From positions 499-64,498 of the forward strand of contig DASSLQ010000194.1 of NCBI GenBank assembly GCA_035689325.1: 64,000 nucleotides of DNA, given 5' to 3'. Below the pieces are notes generated by a model that saw only the letters and a list, made by a program, of their open reading frames with translations, was not told the DNA's origin and did not search any database. This DNA is from Burkholderiales bacterium (lineage in GTDB: Bacteria > Pseudomonadota > Gammaproteobacteria > Burkholderiales > SG8-39). Below, in pieces: positions 18,353 to 26,800 of this stretch (the stretch's first letter is position 1; the number at the start of each line of letters is the position of its first letter). Both the position numbers and the translations under genes were made by a program.

Positions 18353-19110
18353 TTCTTGGGCTTCAGGTGCGCGGAGGCCTCCTCGTCCACCCGCTCCCAG
18401 ATCTCCCGCGCCATCGGATCGCGCGTCTCCTCGAGGATATGTCCGACCAAGCCGACCGCGCGCGCCATCACGCCCAGGCCCTTGACGATGCGCCAATCGA
18501 GGCCCAGTTCGCAGGCGAGTGCGCCGATCGCGCCGGTGGCGTTAAGCGTGATGCTGCGCGTCGCGGCGATCTCCTCCATCAGGCGGCAGTACTTGCCGTA
18601 GTGCCCGGTCTCGCGCGCGATCTCGAAAAGGCGCGCGCTGCGCGGATCGATCGGCTTGTGGATCGGGTGGCCAAGGCCCGGCATGCGCTTGTTTTCCGCG
18701 AGCACTGTCCTCGCGTCCTTGCCGCTGGCGACGGCGTCGGAAAGGATGCGCGCCACGCCTTCCATCGACCCGACGAACACGCTGCCCAGGCCGAGCAGGC
18801 CGCCTGCGACGGCAGCTTGCAGCGCCTCCGGCGCGCCCAGGTAGGTTAGGCGCGCGACAAGCGCGCTTGGCGTAACGCCGTGCTCGACCAGCGTCACGAC
18901 CATGGCGTTAAACATCTTTGACTCGCCGGCGCTCGGCACGCGGCCGGTGAGCTCGAGGAACGCCATGTCGCCGAGGTTGAGGCTGCCGAGAATCTCGCCC
19001 GGCAGGTCCCTGCCGCGCACCACGATCCGGTCCACGGTGGACCAGGCGAGGTCGGATTTCAGGGGCTTGCGCGCCATCGAAGCCGAACTATAGGCGCCGG
19101 CGCCACCCAT
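18349..19110 (-). CDS. Short citrate-synthase-family protein (citryl-CoA lyase-like)
   Basis: The sequence LVEHGVTPSALVARLTYLGAPEALQAAVAGGLLGLGSVFVGSMEG...PGLGHPIHKPIDPRS matches this family by eye. The start is either ATG 19110 or ATG 19077; the -10 geometry favours 19077 (see findings). Confidence 0.75.
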   Translation of the reverse strand: MGGAGAYSSASMARKPLKSDLAWSTVDRIVVRGRDLPGEILGSLNLGDMAFLELTGRVPSAGESKMFNAMVVTLVEHGVTPSALVARLTYLGAPEALQAAVAGGLLGLGSVFVGSMEGVARILSDAVASGKDARTVLAENKRMPGLGHPIHKPIDPRSARLFEIARETGHYGKYCRLMEEIAATRSITLNATGAIGALACELGLDWRIVKGLGVMARAVGLVGHILEETRDPMAREIWERVDEEASAHLKPKK

Positions 19111-19146
19111 GACCCGCCGCCCAGACCAGTTGTCAGCTTGTTCAAT

Positions 19147-19161
19147 ATTACTCTGAGTAAT
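19147..19161. promoter_or_regulatory. 7-1-7 perfect palindrome ATTACTC-T-GAGTAAT in the AT-rich region upstream of pilG
   Basis: Read directly in the 126-bp intergenic region 19111-19236, the most AT-rich stretch I noticed in the window. It is a candidate operator. Confidence 0.3.
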
Positions 19162-19236
19162 GAATTATTTCACTTAAAGAAGGTTCACTAAATGCCAGAA
19201 TCCACGAAGGAACTGACCGTTTAGGGGACAACGCTT

Positions 19237-19656
19237 GTGAGCCAGGCCGCGCAATTGGAGCAGCGCGACGCAGGACCTATCAAGGTCCTGGTCATCGATG
19301 ACAGCAACACAATCCGGCGCAGCGCCGAAATGTTCCTGCGCCAAGCCGGCTACGAAGTGATTCTCGCCGAAGACGGTTTCGATGCGCTCGCGAAGATCGC
19401 GGATCACCAGCCGCGCCTGATCTTCGTCGACATCATGATGCCGCGCCTGGACGGCTATCAGACGTGTGCGCTCATCAAGCAGAACCCGAAGCTCAAGGCG
19501 ACGCCGGTCATCATGCTCTCGAGCAAGGACGGCGTGTTCGATCGGGCGCGCGGCCGCCTCGCGGGCTCCGACCGCTATCTCACCAAGCCCTTCACGAAGG
19601 AGGGGCTGATCGCGGCAGTCACCGAATACCTAAAACCGTCTTCCATCGCTTCCTGA
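19237..19656 (+). CDS. pilG: PilG-type single-domain response regulator
   Basis: The sequence closely matches the PilG I remember: KVLVIDDSNTIRRSAE...DGFDALAKIADHQPRLIFVDIMMPRLDGYQTCALIK...PVIMLSSKDGVFD...YLTKPF. It has a GTG start with AGGGGA upstream. Confidence 0.9.
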   Translation: MSQAAQLEQRDAGPIKVLVIDDSNTIRRSAEMFLRQAGYEVILAEDGFDALAKIADHQPRLIFVDIMMPRLDGYQTCALIKQNPKLKATPVIMLSSKDGVFDRARGRLAGSDRYLTKPFTKEGLIAAVTEYLKPSSIAS

Positions 19657-19666
19657 AAGGCACCGC

Positions 19667-20032
19667 ATGGCCATCAAGAAAATACTGATCGTCGACGACT
19701 CGCCCACCGACCGGCAGGTCCTGAGCGACATGCTCTCCAAGAGCGGCTTCAAGGTCTCTACTGCTGAGAGCGCGGAAGACGCCATGGTGAAGGTGAAGGA
19801 GTCACGCCCCGACCTCGTCCTGATGGATGTCGTGCTGCCGGGGCAGAACGGCTTCCAGGCGACGCGCGCGCTGACCCGCGATGAGAGCACGAAGAACATT
19901 CCGATCATCCTGTGCACGAGCAAGAGCCAGGACACCGATCGCGTGTGGGGTCTGCGCCAGGGTGCGCGCGACTACATCGTGAAGCCGATCAATCAATCTG
20001 AGCTGCTGGCGAAGATCAGCGCCCTCGGCTGA
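19667..20032 (+). CDS. pilH: PilH-type single-domain response regulator
   Basis: MAIKKILIVDDSPTDRQVLSDML...DLVLMDVVLPGQNGFQATRALT...DRVWGLRQGARDYIVKPI. Confidence 0.9.
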   Translation: MAIKKILIVDDSPTDRQVLSDMLSKSGFKVSTAESAEDAMVKVKESRPDLVLMDVVLPGQNGFQATRALTRDESTKNIPIILCTSKSQDTDRVWGLRQGARDYIVKPINQSELLAKISALG

Positions 20033-20562
20033 TGTCCGCCTCCGCCGTCACCACCACCACGCGCATCTCGCTGCGCGAGTATCAGCTTACGCTTTCCGAG
20101 CGGCTGCAAAGCGCGGAGGCGGGCGCAGGCCTGCCTTCGAAGCTCGGGCTGCAGGTGGGCGGCGAAGGCTGGCTGATCGAACTGGTGGACGCGGCGGAAG
20201 TGATCCCGGTGCCGCCGATCTCGCCCGTGCCGCTGGCGCACGGCTGGTTCAGGGGCGTCGCCAACGTGCGGGGCAATCTCTACAGCGTCAGCGATTTTTC
20301 GGTGTTCCTTGGCGGTGAGCCGGTGAAGCTCTCCGCAGAGGCGCGCCTGCTCGTACTGAGCGAGCGCTTTCGCTGCGGCGCGGCGCTCCTCGTCGCCCGC
20401 TCCCTCGGCTTGCGCGCGGCGGGCGAGCTGACTCCCCAGAGCGTGTCGACGGCGCTTCCTTGGGTACGGGGACAGTACAGCGATGCGGAGGGACGGATAT
20501 GGAAGGAGCTCGACGTAGCGGCTCTGGTGCAGAACGAAGCATTTCTCGAGGTGAGCGCATGA
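20032..20562 (+). CDS. pilI: PilI (CheW-like coupling protein)
   Basis: ATG 20032 overlaps the pilH TGA. It has the CheW-like core HGWFRGVANVRGNLYSVSDFSVFLGG. Confidence 0.85.
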   Translation: MSASAVTTTTRISLREYQLTLSERLQSAEAGAGLPSKLGLQVGGEGWLIELVDAAEVIPVPPISPVPLAHGWFRGVANVRGNLYSVSDFSVFLGGEPVKLSAEARLLVLSERFRCGAALLVARSLGLRAAGELTPQSVSTALPWVRGQYSDAEGRIWKELDVAALVQNEAFLEVSA

Positions 20563-21689
20563 AGCGACACATTGCGACATTGCTTGCGGCGGCAGCGCTC
20601 GGCGCGCCATTCGCATGGGCCGAACCAGGCGTCATGCCGAACCGGATTTTGCTCGGTCAGGCCGCCGTCTTCAGCGGCCCGGCGGCGCAGCTCGGCATCC
20701 AGATGCGTAACGGCATCAAGACGTATTTCGATTACGTTAATGCGAACGGCGGCGTGCACGGGCGCAAGCTCGAACTCGTCACCGAGGATGACCGATATGA
20801 GCCGGCGATCGCGCCCTCGGCGAGCAAGCGGCTGATCGAGGAGCAGAAGGTGTTTGCGCTGCTTGGCTACGTCGGCACGCCGACGGGCGCGGCACATCTG
20901 CCGGTGACCACCGCAGCGAAGGTGCCGCTGGTCGGCATGTTCACCGGCGCCGAGATCCTGCGCGTGCCGATGAACCGCTACGTGTTCCACGTGCGCGCGA
21001 GCTATTACGACGAGACCGAGAAGATCGTCGAGCAGGTGGTGTCGACCGGCGGCAAGAAGATTGCGGTCTTCTACCAGAACGACGCGTACGGCGAGGCCGG
21101 CCGCAAAGGCACGGAGCTCGCGCTTACCAAGCGCGGCATGAAGATCTATGCCAGCGGCACGGTCGAGCGCAACACCGTCAAGGTCGACCAGGCGGTAAAG
21201 ACGATCAACGCGTCCGAGCCCGACGCCGTGGTCATGGTCAGCGCCTATACCTCGTGCGCGGAATTCATCCGCGAGATGAAGAAGGCGGGTAGCGGCGCTA
21301 CGTTCTACAACGTGTCGTTCGTCGGCAGCAAGGCGCTTGCCGATGCGCTCGGCACCGATGGCAGCGGCGTCGCCATCTCCCAGGTGGTGCCGTTTCCGTG
21401 GAGCTTGTCCGTGCCGGTGGTGAAGGACTACCAGCAGCTTTCGAAGAAGGCCGGCCTTACCGACTACAACTTCAGCGCGATGGAAGGTTTCCTTACCGCG
21501 AAGGTGATGGTCGAAGGCCTGAAGCGCGCCGGCAAGAACCCGACGCGCGAGGGGCTGGTCGATGCGCTCGAGGCCATGCGCGACGTGGACCTGGGGGGCT
21601 TCTACATCAGCTATTCGCCGACAAACCATGCCGGCTCGAAGTTCGTCGACCTGACGATCATCGGGCGCAACGGCAAGTTCCTGCGCTAG
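20559..21689 (+). CDS. Periplasmic type-1 solute-binding protein (Leu/Ile/Val/amide-binding family) embedded in the chemosensory operon
   Basis: ATG 20559 overlaps the pilI stop (ATGA). The Sec signal is MKRHIATLLAAAALGAPFAWA. The 376-aa product has PBP1 features (GQAAVFSGPAAQLG..., NANGGVHGRKLELVTEDD). It is the C-terminal part of ORF 20460..21689. Confidence 0.85.
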   Translation: MKRHIATLLAAAALGAPFAWAEPGVMPNRILLGQAAVFSGPAAQLGIQMRNGIKTYFDYVNANGGVHGRKLELVTEDDRYEPAIAPSASKRLIEEQKVFALLGYVGTPTGAAHLPVTTAAKVPLVGMFTGAEILRVPMNRYVFHVRASYYDETEKIVEQVVSTGGKKIAVFYQNDAYGEAGRKGTELALTKRGMKIYASGTVERNTVKVDQAVKTINASEPDAVVMVSAYTSCAEFIREMKKAGSGATFYNVSFVGSKALADALGTDGSGVAISQVVPFPWSLSVPVVKDYQQLSKKAGLTDYNFSAMEGFLTAKVMVEGLKRAGKNPTREGLVDALEAMRDVDLGGFYISYSPTNHAGSKFVDLTIIGRNGKFLR

Positions 21690-21698
21690 GGGTATTCC

Positions 21699-23801
21699 AT
21701 GGGTAACCGACTCGAGATTCTTAAGATGCCGTTCGTGGCGCGCGGCGGCGGTGCCGCCGGCCAGGCCGGCGCCAAGCCCGCCGCCACTGCGGCGGCAGCG
21801 CCGTCGACCGGCCGCAGGCTGAAGCTGCTCGTGGCGTTGCTTGCGCTGCTGATGGTCTTCAATGGCGTGGTCGTGGTCTACGACGCGCGCCACGCGACGT
21901 TCAATACCCTCTACGTCGCTGCGGTCGGCAAGATCCGCATGCTCTCGCAGCGCCTTGCCAAGGCAGCGCAGCAGGCATCGCAAGGCAACCGCGAAGCGTT
22001 CAAGCAGCTGCGAGAGAGCCGCGACGAATTCAGTGCCCTCGTCAACCTGCTCTCCGCGGGCGGCCTTAGCGGCGGGGTCACCCTGCCGCCGACGCCGGAG
22101 AGCGTGCGGCCGATGCTGACGGCGCTCGAGGCCGAGTGGCGCAAGACCGAGCGCAACGCGGGCCTGGTCATCCGCGAGGAGCCGAACCTGGTGGCGCTCG
22201 GCGCGGCGGTGCGGGCCATCAACGACAACAACCCGGCGCTGCTCGAGACCGCCGACGAGGTGGCCGCGCTCAGCGTGCAAAGCGGCGCGACGTCGCGCCA
22301 GAACGCGATCGCTGCGCAGCTCGTGATGCTTACGCAGCGCATGGCGAAGAACGCCAACGCGATGCTGGCAGGCGACGTGATCGACCCGGAGGTGGCGTTC
22401 CTGCTCGGCAAGGACAGCAACTCGTTCCGCGACCTGCTGCAGGGCCTCCTGCAGGGCAATGAGGCGATGCGCATCGCGCGCGTGTCGGAAACGGAGTTGC
22501 GCGCGAAGCTCGGTGAGCTCGAGACCGGCTTCAAGGAATACGAGGTGTCGGTAAGCAGGATCCTCGGCAACATGCAGCGTCTGGTGAACGCCAAGCGGGC
22601 CACGCGCGACATGTTCAACGACAGCGAGACGCTGCTCGGCGCCGCAGAGCAGCTCGCGACCGGCTATGAGCAGCTGCTCACCCAGCGCAGACTCAACTTC
22701 ATCGCACTCACGGTGGGCTCGCTCCTCGCGCTTGCCGTGTTGCTCTTGATCGGCAGAGCGTACATCGGCGACAGCCGCCGGCGTGCCGAGCAAAGCGAGC
22801 ATCAGAACCGCGAGAACCAGAACGCCATCATGCGGCTCCTGGACGACATCGGCAACCTCGCGAGCGGTGATCTCACCGTGCGGGCGAAAGTGACCGAGCA
22901 CATGACCGGCGCCATTGCCGATTCGATCAACTACACGATCGAGGAGCTGCGGCGCCTGGTCGCCGGCATTACGCAGGCTGCCGAGCATGTGAGCAGCGCA
23001 ACGCATGAGGCGCAGACCGTGAGCGCCGAGCTCCTGCAAGCGACGCAACGCCAGGCCGCCGAGATCCAGGGTGCGGGGCAGGCGGTGACGCAGATGGCGC
23101 AATCGATGAACCAGGTATCCTCTAACGCCAACGACTCGGCGAAGGTGGCGGAGACCTCGCTCAGCGCCGCGAACAAGGGCGCCCAGGCGGTGCAGAACGC
23201 GATCCGCGGCATGAATGACATCCGCGACCAGATCCAGGAGACCTCCAAGCGCATCAAGCGGCTGGGCGAGTCGTCGCAGGAGATCGGCGAGATCGTGCAG
23301 CTCATCTCGGACATCACCGAGCAGACCAACGTGCTCGCGCTGAACGCCGCCATTCAGGCCGCGTCCGCCGGCGAGGCGGGACGCGGCTTCACGGTGGTGG
23401 CGGAGGAAGTGCAGCGCCTTGCCGAGCGCTCGGCGGAGGCGACCAAGCACATCGGCGCAATCGTCAAGAGCATTCAGCGCGACACGCAGGATACGGTCGA
23501 CGCGATGGAGCGCAGCACGCGCGGCGTGGTCGAGGGAACGAAGACCGCCGACCAGGCCGACCAGGCGCTGCGCGAGATCGAGAAGATCTCGAGCCGCCTT
23601 GCCGAGCTGATTGGCGCGATCTCGAATGCCACCCAGCAGCAGGCCGAATCCGCCGCGCAGGTCGCCGGCAAGATGAAAATCATTCTCGGCGTCACGCAGC
23701 TCACCAGCCAAGGCACCAAGCGCACCGCCGTGTCGGCGTCGAGGCTCGGCGAGCTCGCGCAGGGACTGAAGAGCTCGGTCGCCGGCTTCAAGCTCTCCTA
23801 A
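21699..23801 (+). CDS. pilJ: PilJ-type methyl-accepting chemotaxis protein
   Basis: The 700-aa product has two TM helices flanking a ~270-aa periplasmic helical domain, then HAMP and the MCP signalling domain ([38 protein letters not shown]). Confidence 0.9.
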   Translation: MGNRLEILKMPFVARGGGAAGQAGAKPAATAAAAPSTGRRLKLLVALLALLMVFNGVVVVYDARHATFNTLYVAAVGKIRMLSQRLAKAAQQASQGNREAFKQLRESRDEFSALVNLLSAGGLSGGVTLPPTPESVRPMLTALEAEWRKTERNAGLVIREEPNLVALGAAVRAINDNNPALLETADEVAALSVQSGATSRQNAIAAQLVMLTQRMAKNANAMLAGDVIDPEVAFLLGKDSNSFRDLLQGLLQGNEAMRIARVSETELRAKLGELETGFKEYEVSVSRILGNMQRLVNAKRATRDMFNDSETLLGAAEQLATGYEQLLTQRRLNFIALTVGSLLALAVLLLIGRAYIGDSRRRAEQSEHQNRENQNAIMRLLDDIGNLASGDLTVRAKVTEHMTGAIADSINYTIEELRRLVAGITQAAEHVSSATHEAQTVSAELLQATQRQAAEIQGAGQAVTQMAQSMNQVSSNANDSAKVAETSLSAANKGAQAVQNAIRGMNDIRDQIQETSKRIKRLGESSQEIGEIVQLISDITEQTNVLALNAAIQAASAGEAGRGFTVVAEEVQRLAERSAEATKHIGAIVKSIQRDTQDTVDAMERSTRGVVEGTKTADQADQALREIEKISSRLAELIGAISNATQQQAESAAQVAGKMKIILGVTQLTSQGTKRTAVSASRLGELAQGLKSSVAGFKLS

Positions 23802-23819
23802 GGCACCGCGCGAGGAGCG

Positions 23820-26800
23820 ATGCCCGACACCACCATCCTTACCTGGATCACCGCGGAGGTGGACCAGGCGCTCGAGCGGGTACGCGACCAGATCGCGCGC
23901 TCGGGCAGCTCGCCGCTCGACGCGCGCGCGCTCGGCGGCTGCCCGGAGCACCTGCACCAAGTGAGCGGTGCGCTCAACATGGTAGGGCTCGCCGGGGCAA
24001 CGCGATTCTGCGAAGCGCTCGAGACGACTCTGACCGGGCTCAACGGCTCGCGCGGCGAAGCGGCCGGGATAATCGATCGTGCCGTCGCCGAGCTCAAGCA
24101 ATTCGTCGATGCCGTGGCGCGTGGCGAGCCGAATGTGCCGCTGCGCCTTTACCCGGCGTACCAGGCGCTCGCCCAGCTACAGGGGCGTGCCGAGTGCGCC
24201 GAGGTGGAGCTGTTCTTTCCGGACCTCACTCCGCCCGCTCCCACGCATCCGCGCCCGAAGTCGCTCGGGGAAGGCGAGCTCGCATCCTTCCTGCATTCGC
24301 AGCGCACGCGCTGGCAGCGCGGCATTCTGGCCTGGATCAAGCGGCAGCCCGCGGGTCTCGACGAGATGCGCGAGACGCTCGACGCCATCCATGCGGTGGC
24401 GCATCAGCTGCCGGAGCGCCGCGCGCTCTGGTGGGTGGCAGGGGGCCTGGTGGATGCGCTGCTCGACGCCAGCGAGCCGCAGCGGCTCGCGCAAGCGCGC
24501 GCGCTCTGGAACAAGTTCGATATCTACATCCGTGACCTCGCCGCAGGCCAACGCGCCGACAACGAGCCGCTCCTGCGCGAGGTCCTTTACGCCATTGCCT
24601 GCTCGGCGCCGCTCACCCAGCGCATGCGCGACATCAAGCGGCTCTACGGCCTCGATGCGCTCGTCCCGTCCGCCGCGAGCGATGCTCAGACACGCGACAG
24701 GCGCAAGCTTTGCGAAGGGATCGCTGCCAAGCTCCAGACGCTGGCCCAGATCTGGCAGAGCTACCTTGCCGGTGACCCGAACAGCAGCGCCGCGTTCCGC
24801 GAGCGCGCGGCAGCACTGCGCGGCAGCGCCGTCGCGTTCGGCGACGAGCCCTTGTCCAAGCTCCTCGGCGTGATGACCGCCGCGGCCGAGCGCCTGCCGC
24901 AGAAGCCGGCCGAAGGCAGCGATTTCCTGCTGCTCGAGATGTCCTCTGCGTTCCTGCTTGCGCAGAGCCTGATCGAGCACTTCGAAGAGCCGCTTGCCGA
25001 TACCGCCGAGCAGGTGGACATCCTGTCGCAGTGGCTGGCGGAAGCAGCAGCCGGCAACGCGAGCGCAAAGGCGCCCGAGGGTCTGCGGCCGGAGCTTACG
25101 CAGCACGTCAGCGCATTGCAGCTACGCGCGCGCGTGGTGGGCGAGATCCTGACGAATCTGCACTCCGTCGAGCAGGCGTTCGACGCTTACGCGCGCGGCC
25201 ACGCACCCAAGGACATCCTGGCGAAAGTAGCACCCCAACTGCGGCAGATTCACGGGGCGCTGCGCGTGCTCTCCTGGGAGAAGGCGGCGGTCGTCATCGA
25301 ACGCTGCGAGCAAATGATCGCCACGCTCACGCCGCAAGGCGAAGACCTCGATTGGATCGCGGAGGGTCTGAGCAGCGTAGGACTGTTCGTCCGTCCTTGC
25401 GCGCAGGGGCGCGAGCCGCGCGAGGAGACCCTCGACCTTTTCCTGAAACGCCTGGAGGAGCGGCCCGCGCCGCTGCCAGCCGCCGCGGCACCCGCGCCGA
25501 GCGCCAAGCCGCTCGACGACGACCTGCTGCAGGTGTTCCTCGAGGAAGCGGTGGAGGTTCTCGCCACGATCGCCGCCAGCGTGCCGAAATGCCGCGCGGA
25601 GCCGGCGAACGTCGAAGAGCTCGCCACCATCCGGCGCGGCTTCCACACGCTGAAGGGCAGCGGCCGCATGGTCGGGCTCGCGGATCTGGGCGAGGCGGCC
25701 TGGCAGGTCGAGCGGGTGATGAATCAGTGGCTCGAGCGCCAGCAGCCCGCCACGGACGCGCTGCTCGAGCTCGCCACCGTCGCGCATGGCTGCTTCACCG
25801 ACTGGATCGAGCGCCTGCGCAATGGCGAGACGCCGCTCATCGATACCCATCCCATCAGCAAGCTTGTCGCCAGGCTGGTCGGCGACGATTCCAGCGTGCT
25901 GCGGGTGCGCGACGTCTATCTCAAGGAAGCCGCCCAGCACATCGCCACGCTGAAGAACGAATGCGCGGCATGGACCGCCAGCGAGGCGGCGGAGGCTTCG
26001 CCCGAGTTCATGCGCGCGGCGCATACCCTGGCCAGCTCCTCGAGCACGGCGCGCGTCGAGGCGATCGCGCAGGTCGCTGCGGGGCTCGAGCAGTGGATGC
26101 CGCTCGCCGAGCGCACGGTCGAGGCCGCCGAGCGCCAGATGATCGCTGCGGCGATCGACAAGCTGGGCGAGATGCACTCCGCCGTCAGCCGCGGGGAATC
26201 GCCCGCACCGGCAGCCGAAACGCTCGCCGAGCTGGAGGGGCTGCGCAACCGGCTGCTCGTTCCGGCGCGGCCGAAAGACAAGCGCGCGGTGCGCGACGAC
26301 CTGGACGGCGACTTGCTGCCGGTATTTCTCGAGGAAGCGCACGAACTCGTGCCGCAGGTCGTAGGCGACTTGCGCGCCTGGCGCGCGAATCCCCAGGACC
26401 GCACCGCGGCCGACGCCGTCAAGCGCGTGCTGCACACGCTCAAGGGCGGCGCGCGCATGGCGGGCGCCATCCGCTTGGGCGAGCTTACCCACCTGATGGA
26501 AAGCCGCATCGAGTACGCGCTCGAGGCGGGCGAGGTGACTCCAGAGCTCTTCGAGGAGCTGCAGACGCAGCTCGACCGCCTGAGCGCCGACGTCGAGAAG
26601 CTCGGCGCCCCTGCCGCTCCGGCGGCCACGGCGGCCGCCAAGACCGCGGAAAGCCCGCGCGCGCCGGCCGCCACGGCCGTGCTGCGTGTGAATGCCGAAC
26701 GGCTCGACGGCCTGATCACCGACGCGGGCGAGGCGGCAATCGCGCGCTCGCGCATCGAGGCGGAGCTGCGCCAGACCAAGCAGGCGCTGGCGGACCTGAA

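Noticed and set aside
20280-24101. A 1273-aa ORF on the minus strand spanning pilI, the binding-protein gene and pilJ
   Set aside because: It lies exactly antisense to four genes with clear homology-grade sequence. Its translation is Arg/Ala/Gly/Leu-rich and low in complexity, with no recognisable motifs. Such open antisense frames are expected in very GC-rich DNA.
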